DNA from: Myxococcota bacterium
GTDB lineage: Bacteria; Myxococcota_A; SURF-8
Direction of reading: 5' to 3'
Assembly: GCA_963674735.2 (NCBI GenBank)
Contig: CAXXQS010000001.1
Location: forward strand, 1,920,001 to 1,984,000
Length of the DNA: 64,000 nucleotides
Positions 41,401-50,597 of this stretch are shown here, piece by piece; positions within the stretch are counted from its first letter, which is position 1; each line of letters opens with the position of its first letter. A program made the translations under genes and the position numbers. Below the pieces are notes generated by a model, which was not told the origin of the DNA, made no database searches, and saw only the letters and a program-made list of their open reading frames with translations.

Positions 41401-43576
41401 ATAAATTGAACAACTCAGTGTTGGACAATGTGAATTGAATGTCCTTTGTCAAATTGGGAGCAACCGGCCCTTCTTCGAGAGGGCCGTTTACTTCCGATTC
41501 TATATGATCTATTGAATTTTTCCATTGAGCAAGACCACGTCTCAAGTTGCCTTGCACCATATCCTTCTGGGACATGAGAGCAACTGGCATCGTTATTCCG
41601 AACGATGAAACCGGAAAATTTAACTCAGTACTTGCATCCATTTGAGGGTTTTCGCCGACATTGTAACACCTCCATTTAGTGGATGACAAACCTCCAGAAT
41701 TACCACAATCGGACGTCGGTAATTCTTCACCATCTGATGGGCATTGATCATTAATGCATGTAGGAATACTATCACCCACGCATCCATTTAAACAATACCG
41801 CTCAATTTCCACACTTCCAGATACTACTGTTAAACATTTATTTTCAGATCCAAACAGATTAACCATGTTTTTCGACTTTATACAAAGCTCTATCTCGGAA
41901 AAGCCAGAATAGTCTTGCATTTGAAGAAGGCTTGAATACATCTTATAGTACAACGCATCAACAACTTCCTGTGCACCGGCGTACTGATTAAATATTTGTA
42001 CAGTGTTTCTTTTATAAGCCGGTGCGTTGTGTTTTTGATTTGTCGATCCTTTGGCATAGTAAAAGCTGTCTTTTGAGTATACAGCGGCAAATCCTCCTTC
42101 AACTTCTTCATGGAACGTCGGCAATTCAAGCGTCCAGGTAATCTTTTTGTTATTGCCACTTCCCGAAATATTCTCGGTAAATAGTTCTAATGCTTCCAAT
42201 TCAACAAGCGCTGCGTCGGTTCCATTGGGATAATAATCTTCAGCAGTCATATTGTCTTCGTGTAGGCTTCCAACTTCTACCCTATCATAAAACATTCCTT
42301 GCTGTGCATAGCCTAATCCTTCCCAATAGGCACGCGTGTTTATTCTGACAAGAGCATGTGCTGGCTTAATGTTTTGGTGACTTGATAGTGCGGGAGGAAT
42401 GCTATTTGTCTTTACTTCTTTTATACCAGTAACGTTGTTTGCCGCAACTAACAACACCGATGGAGTAGGAGTGTAAGCCCATACTCTCTTAAGCACTTCA
42501 AGTTCGCTTAGAGGCCTCGTACTTCCTGTGCTTGTTGGCGTACCATTTCCAACCCATTCAACGTCAATTTTTGTTTTAGGCTGTAGATTATCTACAATAC
42601 CGGTTATTTTATTTGACAACAATATGGTGTTTAACCCTAGTTTAATGTAGTTTACAGGGATTTTGATATTGGGAGCGGCAATAACTACTGTATTGGGGTT
42701 TTGTTCAAACAATTCTTCGTTTTCTCGCCGGTTATTATACAACCTTGTAAGGATTTGAGTTTTGTTGTCTATGCCATATCCTGATGCCGCTAAAGCAACA
42801 ATTTCACCGGCATTTCCTGCTAATATATTATTCCTAGATAAGAATTCACATATTCCTAAAGCTAAGTCATCTTCAGAACATATATATCTAGGATCCAGAA
42901 CATAACCAATGTTTGTTGCAGGATCAATTGCGACCGTTAGTAACTCCGTTGCCGTCGAATTGCCATTCAATCTATACTTGACAGCTGCTTTTGTTAGTAT
43001 AAACCCGAACTTCGATCCAAAAATCAATGTGGACTTCGTATTCGCCTTTCCCATATAATCTGCGATTTTCTGAAGTTTCAGACTATCAATGTTGGGGTCG
43101 AATATTGCACCGGTAGCTGTAAACCTATTTGTTATTTCCTGGGTGTTAACTTCACTAAAATCAACCTGCTTGGGCCACATGTCGCAGTTGCTACCATCGA
43201 TAAATCCCACCTTGTGGTAACCTAGCATCTCAGTTGAAGGCCTACTGTTCTTTATAAACTCGATTTCTGAATAGGATTCATCGTAAACGCTCACGTTTAT
43301 CGGATGGTAAGACGTTTGAACCCCTTCAAAAGACCAGCCAGTTAAATCCGTTTCATTTGTAACGACTCGAATTTCATCAATTTCATTTATAGACTCGACC
43401 TTAACATCATTCATGCTGACCATCGTCGATTGTGTCTCAGAGTCAATATTGATTCTTATAAATGGCTCTTCTGCAGAGACTTCATAATCGCTTATTGTTA
43501 CATCGGAGATCTCAGCAATGGGCAAGCTACGACCGCTAAAATCTATTGTAATGGCTTGCCCGTCCACGTGTGGCAT
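38468..43576 (-). CDS. C-terminal part (1702 aa) of a frameshifted giant lipoprotein; long helical region and Tc-toxin-A-like tail
   Basis: No obvious RBS; frame open upstream to about 43627; heptad-rich helices; IRGLPVLGSWYLVYD...DVDKISRIDVVFVV tail. Confidence 0.75.
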   Translation of the reverse strand: MPHVDGQAITIDFSGRSLPIAEISDVTISDYEVSAEEPFIRINIDSETQSTMVSMNDVKVESINEIDEIRVVTNETDLTGWSFEGVQTSYHPINVSVYDESYSEIEFIKNSRPSTEMLGYHKVGFIDGSNCDMWPKQVDFSEVNTQEITNRFTATGAIFDPNIDSLKLQKIADYMGKANTKSTLIFGSKFGFILTKAAVKYRLNGNSTATELLTVAIDPATNIGYVLDPRYICSEDDLALGICEFLSRNNILAGNAGEIVALAASGYGIDNKTQILTRLYNNRRENEELFEQNPNTVVIAAPNIKIPVNYIKLGLNTILLSNKITGIVDNLQPKTKIDVEWVGNGTPTSTGSTRPLSELEVLKRVWAYTPTPSVLLVAANNVTGIKEVKTNSIPPALSSHQNIKPAHALVRINTRAYWEGLGYAQQGMFYDRVEVGSLHEDNMTAEDYYPNGTDAALVELEALELFTENISGSGNNKKITWTLELPTFHEEVEGGFAAVYSKDSFYYAKGSTNQKHNAPAYKRNTVQIFNQYAGAQEVVDALYYKMYSSLLQMQDYSGFSEIELCIKSKNMVNLFGSENKCLTVVSGSVEIERYCLNGCVGDSIPTCINDQCPSDGEELPTSDCGNSGGLSSTKWRCYNVGENPQMDASTELNFPVSSFGITMPVALMSQKDMVQGNLRRGLAQWKNSIDHIESEVNGPLEEGPVAPNLTKDIQFTLSNTELFNLYLQAADRADDAAAIPMRDKNNFLKLAYELFDALPMYYPNSPRLTLLFAKAIDNYFKTNRYVIVGQHPYSVKECALRSDTFEKLEEYRNPKQEDLLGIKVNSIDMPYGSLARSWYQLSNFDLANEGEDYENPSYMDPYLNSYAYVSRPTGFDSYIQRWYKLQDSINILLTTLRDRRQDAIFTQGLQERMDMMGEILTRYADQQINTSSKQIYDFKMLVDSLIALEAELNESLDGFARRAQLMLGCDMTEEGLVCNRETGLVQMLNEMTDRCYGEEYINTEMLNTARDVNGYMTQAFSKGKTLCDKIRQLCFDENTMRLYEMRDNYLMSMAMPEYFGVYENLGEVSDVLGEMADFFGPIGEALGTLSTVLEWIFGTDPCPGNDRAFLEMHLAEFQIQLLTISQIVESMRISSQMIQMQLQQALLTMNYHGQNIENQETFLEDIASWRKYVNLNWRDDQYDRVGLGSTCEGLRLSVEAAKREIYSASQIMYTTLGQSEVPPYVTLPASWSPQENAFKRYPRYGFHTSLWDNLSNYRFQLPAIMQEQEYDAIDSSYREKVLEARKDYNEDHWIVENIEEKIESMTSGYASLLAESVDNLKLSLGDGGQTFMPFTYVVKTLERIPCYYEAEDTGEMVEDCDENGENCQATLLIEQPRYCDRSSFEVCPDEDCHYAGPADAFLSKGVTKFTVSPQDLGINTYESIVDENGIHIAPPVVYEVRYKVYYADYWCEYDAQTGMQVNCCITADLDNDPSTGVNPLECPDGGVHDNFYYYENGFPHKDDQGNLFIVNAAAWGLEPLRIDGELTCNSPVTVSFKGLSGEIAKRAVTCPKPLLSWYERQHLFHEDAATTGNGTIVNDYRSGSIMQDMEYLYSSHIRGLPVLGSWYLVYDGDRAEELTRVVRSHNRDYGYSIPSNLCYNEQRDTDAPDILMSQIGQDYPTPYSYQNEFDNTWKDVDKISRIDVVFVVARLKSPVAYWKEVE

Positions 43577-46500
43577 TTCTGCATGGTAAAGTTTAAGGTC
43601 CGCTGCGATGTTAATGGCCCCATAATGTCAAAACGTGTTAATTCACTATTCTTATTTCCTAGCACATACAGATTTACGCCTTCGAAATTGATTGAAGGAG
43701 CATAAAAAGCGGGCCCACGGAAGATAACAGTTCCGTTCCCTTTCGTTACCTCGCTGCTATTTATTATCTCGACGCTAGTGTTATCGCTAACTTCAATAAT
43801 TCCGTTTACAGCACTTATTTTGCCAACAATAAAAGATGAAATCATATCGTCCACTATAACTCGTCGGTAAGAATCTTTTTTATTCACTTGCAACTCACCT
43901 AGACGGATTTCGCTACCGTCAATTCCGGCAACTACACTCTTCCTGTCTCCTGTGAAATTGATTGCCGCATTACTGATATCCGCAGATGCCGTTTTTAATA
44001 TTATATTTGAGTTTACGCTAACAGAAATTCCCGGATTTGTTATGAATTCTCCTTCATGTATAGTTAATTGCTCCAACTCCAATTCTGGCGTAGTTACAAT
44101 TACAGTTCCTCCTCCATAAAGCACAAGATAATTTGCATATATTGGACTACTGATATATCGAATCTCCCCCTCAGGAACTAATAAGCCAATCTCCTCTACA
44201 TCATTATGTGTGAGATCATCATCCATTAGAACTGGTATCTCGTTTTTACCGATATACAGGTAATCATGATTATCTGGAGTGTAATTGTATTCATGCCGTC
44301 CTTCTAGTTTACTTTCACCCGTCAGCAACAACTCTCGTGGAAGCCGATAGTTTTCCGCTTCTTCAAAACAATTCATACTCCCGACTACAAATTCCGTTGA
44401 TCCAAATGATTTTAAGGTATTTCCATGGGCAGTATTAATATAATTAATATAGCTATAGTCGGCATTAAATTCCGTTAATGAGAAAAATATCTTCTCCCCA
44501 CATGAAATTGCTCCGCTAGGCTGAATATTATTTACAACAATTTCCTGCCCAATTTCTTCTCCATCAAGGACTTTATGTTGGCTTATAATTGTTTTAACAT
44601 CATTCAAGTAATCACTTGGAATATATTTAACTATACGCACTGCACCTTCACCGGTGAAGGACGCAGAAATATAGTTGCCCGGATGCTTGTGTATCCATGC
44701 AGGAGAATCAGATATGTAAAATGTTCCTCTTTCATTAAACCCCATCGCATGTAGACTGATTCCCGATGAATTTCTAGCTACAAAGTACATATTTCCTTCG
44801 TATTTAGCGGTATCAAAGTCAAGAAATCCTCCAGCCACAACAACATCATGATCGCTTATAGTTCTGACGCGGATTTCATCAATATCAAGTACAGTAATTT
44901 TTCCTGCGAGATCATTTAGAGAATTCTTGGGTCCACCGATGAGAACCTCTTCAAACCCATCACCATTTACATCTAAAGAATCAATATTACAATACGATCT
45001 GTCAGGGATCATGAACTGTGAATACCATAATCCTTCTCGATGCAATTCACGCAATCCAGGATAAGTATACACGGCGACTGAAACAACTTGATCCTTTACT
45101 TCGCATGTTGCCATTGCCATTCGACCAGTTTTCATTTTGAAGAATGTCTTTGCGTAAGAATTATAACTTGTCATCGACGGCACTTTAGTTGAATATTCGA
45201 AATAATCGCTACTAAAAGCAACCGGAGAACTCGCTAAATCGGACGGTTCAATAAGCACATGACGCATTGCATTGATATAGCAACTGCTGCCACCGATGAA
45301 AGTTCCGTTAAACTGCCCCTTGTCTACATCGCATTCCCAGCAACCATCTTCCGTTCTTTGGTTGTCCTCAATACATTCACCTTTGATATAACACATATTA
45401 TTGCTTATACTCATAACACATTGACCCATGCTACATGCATACTGGCCGCAGCTAGGAGCGTCATTTCCACTTGAGCAGGATTGGCCTTCTGATTCACTAT
45501 TCCAGTACCAAGAATACTTGAATACGTTGGGATTACACAGAGAACAGCCATTCGGAGATTGCTGCCCTTCGGGAATACATTGATTATCGATTAAACAATA
45601 TCCATCAGATACATCAGCAACACATTGGGACTCATGGCAAGTTCCCAATACGCAAGGCAAATCAGAATCAACATCGCAAGATTCACCATCATCAATCCTG
45701 TGTACGCACCCTAATTCGACGTCGCAGGCATCAGTTGTACAAGGATTGTCGTCATTACAATCTAAAAACGACTTGGGGGTACAAACACCATCAATACAAG
45801 TATCACCGATCGTACATTCATCTTGATCGTTGCATGGTAAGTAGGAAACAGATGACCATTTATTCGGCGTAGTGGAGTCGCATAGCTGACATGGTTCTTC
45901 TGGTTTTTTCATTCCCTCTTCGAAGCAATATCCATCAATATAGCAAACTCCCTCCTTAAGGCGCGTTGCACATGTACCAGAAAAAGAACTGCAGTAAGCC
46001 GAATGACAATTTGAGTCTAGATACTCGCAATCATTATCTGTGTCGCATTCTCCGGAGTATTGGCATCCATTTATGGTGCAGATTCCGTTTCCTAAACATG
46101 TATTCTGGCCTATGCATACTCCTTCCGAGCAGCGATCATTATCTGTGCATGAAAACGTATCATCACATGAAGTTCCATTTACTGCATGTGTAGAAACGCA
46201 TTCCTTTTGTGAGTCATCGCAAATTCCAACTGTGCAAGCACCATCATCTAGATATGAACAATCGAGCTGTGGATTTTCGCAAAATGGCAAAATTGTAATC
46301 ACGATCTCGGCGGAATTTTCATTTTTATACGCCGTTATTTTGTGAACGCCTACAGGCAGATTTGATTTTTTAAATTCCCATGGATATCCTTTTCCAATGG
46401 GATTAATGTCCAGCTTGAACTCGGAATTTCCAATTGTGTTAACGGTGCCATCAGGCGCAGTATGCTCACTTTTCCAATTCACCGTTCCAGTTCCGTTGTA

Positions 46501-46644
46501 CTCGACATCAAAGTGAATTTCATCCTTCTCGTAGTATTCACTCTGAGTTGGTTTTTCAATGGTTACCTTGCACGAGACGGCGATAAGGGCAACAAAGAAA
46601 AATACGATAACCCGCATGGTTGCTAACATACAAGTATTACGCAT
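43543..46644 (-). CDS. N-terminal part of the giant lipoprotein: conserved Ig-like module, Cys-rich repeats, FG-GAP-like region, beta-rich region
   Basis: AAGGAG RBS, ATG 46644; lipobox IAVSC; CNDDNPCTTDAC-type repeats; DVNGDGFEEVLIGGP. Confidence 0.8.
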   Translation of the reverse strand: MRNTCMLATMRVIVFFFVALIAVSCKVTIEKPTQSEYYEKDEIHFDVEYNGTGTVNWKSEHTAPDGTVNTIGNSEFKLDINPIGKGYPWEFKKSNLPVGVHKITAYKNENSAEIVITILPFCENPQLDCSYLDDGACTVGICDDSQKECVSTHAVNGTSCDDTFSCTDNDRCSEGVCIGQNTCLGNGICTINGCQYSGECDTDNDCEYLDSNCHSAYCSSFSGTCATRLKEGVCYIDGYCFEEGMKKPEEPCQLCDSTTPNKWSSVSYLPCNDQDECTIGDTCIDGVCTPKSFLDCNDDNPCTTDACDVELGCVHRIDDGESCDVDSDLPCVLGTCHESQCVADVSDGYCLIDNQCIPEGQQSPNGCSLCNPNVFKYSWYWNSESEGQSCSSGNDAPSCGQYACSMGQCVMSISNNMCYIKGECIEDNQRTEDGCWECDVDKGQFNGTFIGGSSCYINAMRHVLIEPSDLASSPVAFSSDYFEYSTKVPSMTSYNSYAKTFFKMKTGRMAMATCEVKDQVVSVAVYTYPGLRELHREGLWYSQFMIPDRSYCNIDSLDVNGDGFEEVLIGGPKNSLNDLAGKITVLDIDEIRVRTISDHDVVVAGGFLDFDTAKYEGNMYFVARNSSGISLHAMGFNERGTFYISDSPAWIHKHPGNYISASFTGEGAVRIVKYIPSDYLNDVKTIISQHKVLDGEEIGQEIVVNNIQPSGAISCGEKIFFSLTEFNADYSYINYINTAHGNTLKSFGSTEFVVGSMNCFEEAENYRLPRELLLTGESKLEGRHEYNYTPDNHDYLYIGKNEIPVLMDDDLTHNDVEEIGLLVPEGEIRYISSPIYANYLVLYGGGTVIVTTPELELEQLTIHEGEFITNPGISVSVNSNIILKTASADISNAAINFTGDRKSVVAGIDGSEIRLGELQVNKKDSYRRVIVDDMISSFIVGKISAVNGIIEVSDNTSVEIINSSEVTKGNGTVIFRGPAFYAPSINFEGVNLYVLGNKNSELTRFDIMGPLTSQRTLNFTMQKCHTWTGKPLQ

Positions 46645-46806
46645 TTCACGCTCCTTAATAGAATTCACATGAGCTTACTATGAGTACAATAAACAACTAA
46701 AACATACAAATTACAAAGTCAATAAAACAATCATGTGCAAGAATTATTACTGTGTAACTATCGCTAATATGTAGTCGTATCAAATAGTTTGTTACATAAT
46801 TTAAAG

Positions 46807-48090
46807 TGTAAAAGTCAAGAGCCTCCCGGACAGTTAGTCCTCTCGGTTGTTGGCTGACTAGGCCGTTTCGGGAGTCGGTTCCTCCATTTCTTTTTTCTTG
46901 TTTTTCGTCTCTTTGATTTCGATGATTTCAGCTCGCTTCTTCTTTCCCATTTCAAACGTTTCGACCGGTCTTCGTCCCTGGTTTCTGTACCCGCGATGGG
47001 GGCGTTGATTGTTGTAAGACTCGAGCCAGGCGTCGAGATCGGTCTGGAGTTCCTCCAGGCTGAGATATAGCTTTTCCCTGAAAGCGGTTCTGAAGAATTC
47101 ATCGAGTACGGTTCGGTTGAAGCGTTCGACGAATCCGTTTGTCCTCGGTGTTGCGACCTTGGTGTAGCGATGCTTGATGCCGTGCAGCTCGAGCAAGATC
47201 TCGTAGAGATGGATCATGGGTCGTCCCTTGAATTCGGTTCCGTTGTCGGTGAGGATGTTTTCAATGATCAGTTCGTTTTCCTCATAGAACGGCAGGACGT
47301 GGTCGTAAAGGACATCGGCTGCGGTTTCCGGTCTTTTGGATGTATAGAGCTTTCCGAAGGCGATGGAAGAGTAGGTATCGACCACGGCCTGCAGATAGAT
47401 TCTTCCGACGCCTTTCATTCGTCCGACGTACAAAGTGTCCTGGCAGATCAGCTGGCCGGGATACTCGCTCTCCACATGGCGCTCCCTGAAACAGGGATTT
47501 GCTTTTTCAATGAGACGGATCTGTTCTTCTGTCAGTTCGACACCCGCTTCTTTGACGACTTTTTCCTCAAGCAGCAGCAGTCGCTTGTAGCGGGTTTCCA
47601 TGTTTTCCTTGATCCAGAGATTGCGTACGGATGATGCGGATACGGAGACGCCTTGAAGCTGCAACTGGTCGGCGATGCGCTGCTGTCCGAATGTCGGATG
47701 CTTTAGAGAGAGCGAGATAATCGTCTCCTTGGTCTCATCGGAAAGCTCGTTTGGGTGTGGCCCTGGAATGGGCGGTTTGTCCATCAGGCCTTCGAGGCCG
47801 AACTCCTGGAAATCGCGTTTGTACTCATAGAATTGACTTCGCGACACCTCTTGCAGACGACAGGCTTTGGATACGTTTCCGAGTTTTTCAGCAAGCTGTA
47901 GCAATGTGAGTCGTTTTCGTGCTAATTTTTCCTTGGCGATCATTGATATCTCCTTCTCGATAAATGGTGGTTTGGTCACTGTCCATTATACCGAGAGGAC
48001 GACCGCCGGCCAGTCCTGGGAGCTTTGCGGCTCCCTACGGACTGGCCTCATACTAAGCTTCGACTGTCCGGGAAGATCCTAACTTTTTCA
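46807..48090 (-). mobile_element. IS481-family insertion sequence
   Basis: IRs TGTAAAAGTCAAGAGCCTCCCGGACAGT (46807) and, on the minus strand, TGAAAAAGTTAGGATCTTCCCGGACAGT (48090); single transposase; no target duplication seen. Confidence 0.9.
46858..47979 (-). CDS. IS481 transposase
   Basis: LGNVSKACR..VSRSQFY, CQDT, LTDNGTEF, PRTNGFVERFNRT, YNNQRPH. Confidence 0.95.
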   Translation of the reverse strand: MTKPPFIEKEISMIAKEKLARKRLTLLQLAEKLGNVSKACRLQEVSRSQFYEYKRDFQEFGLEGLMDKPPIPGPHPNELSDETKETIISLSLKHPTFGQQRIADQLQLQGVSVSASSVRNLWIKENMETRYKRLLLLEEKVVKEAGVELTEEQIRLIEKANPCFRERHVESEYPGQLICQDTLYVGRMKGVGRIYLQAVVDTYSSIAFGKLYTSKRPETAADVLYDHVLPFYEENELIIENILTDNGTEFKGRPMIHLYEILLELHGIKHRYTKVATPRTNGFVERFNRTVLDEFFRTAFREKLYLSLEELQTDLDAWLESYNNQRPHRGYRNQGRRPVETFEMGKKKRAEIIEIKETKNKKKEMEEPTPETA

Positions 48091-48331
48091 CCTCGATATT
48101 CCAATAACCATCAATGATACCGATGATCTCGTCAAGAACACGGTTTGATGAGAAAAGCGGGAATCTTGAAGGCAAAGACAAAAGCCGGGGCAGGAGTGAT
48201 GTCTTGTTTGAGAAAATTGGCGCTGGGCATCATGCACGAAATCAATGGTGATCGAACCATTCCAAACCTCATGTATCATCTTGCTACAAAACTTCGTTAC
48301 GCTTTTTCAAACTTAGAATTGAATCGCCGTG
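48091..48331 (+). pseudogene. Probable ISAs1-family transposase 3' remnant
   Basis: Frameshifted FDE...AGAGVMSCLRKLALGIM resembles the ISAs1 C-terminal F.ED...M..LR.LA motif; ends in gaattgaatcgccgtg, similar to ISAs1 right ends. Confidence 0.45.
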
Positions 48332-49681
48332 GTCCATGGCAGACAAGGATGGACTTGGTTGAGATTATCTGGTATTGCACTGAAGAATTATGTGATAGAC
48401 GAACAGGAGGAAACACCGCTGCTCAATAAAAAAACAGATACAGTGACCTATTCAATCGATAGCTGGCGACGGAAGGCGACCAACGTATACAGCCTTTTTA
48501 TGATGGTTGCGACTCTTCCTGTCCTTATTAGCGTCTATTTTCTTGATGTCACTACGCTGCAACAGAGCCTTTTGGGTCTATCCGCATGGTTGCTGACCTT
48601 TTGTGCGGCTGCTCTACGGCGCTTGGATGTACGATATCGTATTATGCTTATGGTTATTTCAGTCTGGATTTTAACGTCACTCATACTTACCCATGGAGGT
48701 ATGTTTCTCAATTTTCGTTTGCCCTTAATCAATTTACCTATGATGGTTTTGATGCTTGGTGGGGCGCGCTTTGGACTCGCAGTCGGAGCCATTAACCTGC
48801 TGATTATGTTGCTTGCGGTCTGGGGAACTCAAACAGGGTTGCTGCCACAGGTTGCCCCTGAATGGAATGACACCATTGCCAAGATGCAATATTTAACGGC
48901 GTTCACGCTCTTTGTTCCACACCTTCTATTGCTGGCATGGTTCAGTCATCACCTGACAAGCGCCATTCGCCGGGAGCATTTGGCAACGGCGCGTTTACAG
49001 AAAGAAGCACAGCAGCGGATGCGGCTTGAAGTTGAAGTCGTGGAAACTGGTGAGCGTGTAAGCCGACATATCGGGAGTGAACTTCATGATGGGGTGTGCC
49101 AGGATCTGACCGGGTTATTGCTTCGCACAAAGCGTGCTCAGAAGACTTTGACGGCCAATAATCGTCCGGAAGCAGATACCTTGAATGGAATCGTCGAAGG
49201 GCTGGGAGATGCCATTGGCGAAATTCACGGTCTTTCACAGACCTTGAGTCCAGGTTTTCTGACCTGTCGGGATTTGGCGGATGCGATTGAGGTTGTGGCT
49301 CAGCGCTTCGGAGAAGCTTCGGACGCCAGTATCGAATTTCGGGTTCAGGGAGATGGACCGGTCCAGAACGAACAGGCCACGCTTCACCTCTATCGGATAG
49401 CTCAAGAAGCGATTGCAAATGCTATCCGACATTCCGGAGCAAAGCGGATCGAGGTTTCTCTGATATATAAGCCGGACATGACCGTTCTGCTTGTGGATGA
49501 TGACGGGCAATGGATTGTGCCGAATGAAAAAGCACAAGACGGGCTTGGACAGAAAACAATCCGCTGGCGGGCATCCGTCATCGGAGGAACCCTCACTGTG
49601 GGATCCAAGGCGAGAGGCGGCAGTCGTGTTGAGTGCCGGGTGCCTATTGAACAGAAAGATGTCGAGGTAAAACATGATTAA
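48329..49681 (+). CDS. Membrane sensor histidine kinase, HisKA_3 (NarX/UhpB/DegS type)
   Basis: About 6 TM segments; H-box ELHDGVCQDL; LYRIAQEAIANAIRHS; DDDG and GLG boxes. True start uncertain (possibly CTG 48419). Confidence 0.92.
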   Translation: MVHGRQGWTWLRLSGIALKNYVIDEQEETPLLNKKTDTVTYSIDSWRRKATNVYSLFMMVATLPVLISVYFLDVTTLQQSLLGLSAWLLTFCAAALRRLDVRYRIMLMVISVWILTSLILTHGGMFLNFRLPLINLPMMVLMLGGARFGLAVGAINLLIMLLAVWGTQTGLLPQVAPEWNDTIAKMQYLTAFTLFVPHLLLLAWFSHHLTSAIRREHLATARLQKEAQQRMRLEVEVVETGERVSRHIGSELHDGVCQDLTGLLLRTKRAQKTLTANNRPEADTLNGIVEGLGDAIGEIHGLSQTLSPGFLTCRDLADAIEVVAQRFGEASDASIEFRVQGDGPVQNEQATLHLYRIAQEAIANAIRHSGAKRIEVSLIYKPDMTVLLVDDDGQWIVPNEKAQDGLGQKTIRWRASVIGGTLTVGSKARGGSRVECRVPIEQKDVEVKHD

Positions 49682-50333
49682 AGATAAAGCAGCGACACGC
49701 GTAATACTCGTAGACGACCACCCGGTAATACGGCAAGGGTTATCCGGGCTTCTTCAGGATGAAGGATTCCAGATTGTCGGAATTGCGAGCAATATCTCTG
49801 AAACAGTTGAACTACTTGCTAAAACGCCTCCTACGGATGTGGCCGTCGTCGATCTTTCCCTTGAGAACGAATCGGGCTTTGATGTACTGGCTTTGATCCG
49901 AAAAGAAACCCCCAAGGTAACTACGGTTGTCTATTCGGTCCATGAAGACATTGTTAACGTTCGGCGAGCATTGAAACTGGGCGCAATGGGTTACGTCACA
50001 AAGCGTGAAGACCCGGAAGTATTGGTTGATTGCATCAATAAAGCACATGCCGGGGAACGGTATCTGAGCCCCAGAGCTGCTCACTTTTTAGCTGATGCCT
50101 TGGCTGGCAATGGGGAGAAAGCGCCTGATGAGGTTTTAAGTCCGCAGGAAATGCAGGTTTATACCTTGATGGGAAAAGGCATCGCCACTCCGGACATAGC
50201 CGACAGCATGGGTATCTCTGCCCGAACGGTTGAAACATACTACAGCCGTATTCTGTTTAAGTTAGGACTACCCGGTCGCCGCGACCTGCTCCAACATGCT
50301 ATCGAATATGCCCGTCTATCGTCTGAATCTTGA
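49674..50333 (+). CDS. NarL/LuxR-family response regulator
   Basis: LVDDHPVIRQG, VVDLSL, GAMGYVTK, LSPQEMQV...IADSMGISARTVETY. Confidence 0.95.
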   Translation: MIKDKAATRVILVDDHPVIRQGLSGLLQDEGFQIVGIASNISETVELLAKTPPTDVAVVDLSLENESGFDVLALIRKETPKVTTVVYSVHEDIVNVRRALKLGAMGYVTKREDPEVLVDCINKAHAGERYLSPRAAHFLADALAGNGEKAPDEVLSPQEMQVYTLMGKGIATPDIADSMGISARTVETYYSRILFKLGLPGRRDLLQHAIEYARLSSES

Positions 50334-50597
50334 ATATTCCCTGATGACCAATTCGCTTGCATCTATGTAGATGGATTCACTTACATGCTTGTCCGCAGAT
50401 CCCAGTCTATCTAAGTGTTTCAAATTTTGATAGCGTTATCGCTAATTAAGGCCTTGACTGCCCATGGATAGCATGGAGCTGCAAGGCTGTAAATCGAGCG
50501 AAATCAAGAGACGATAAGGTTCGCAGATATGGCGGCATCCGTGCGGACTTTTTCTCCTAATTAAAAAGGGTTATTGAGAATGAAAGGCCTAGGAGTT

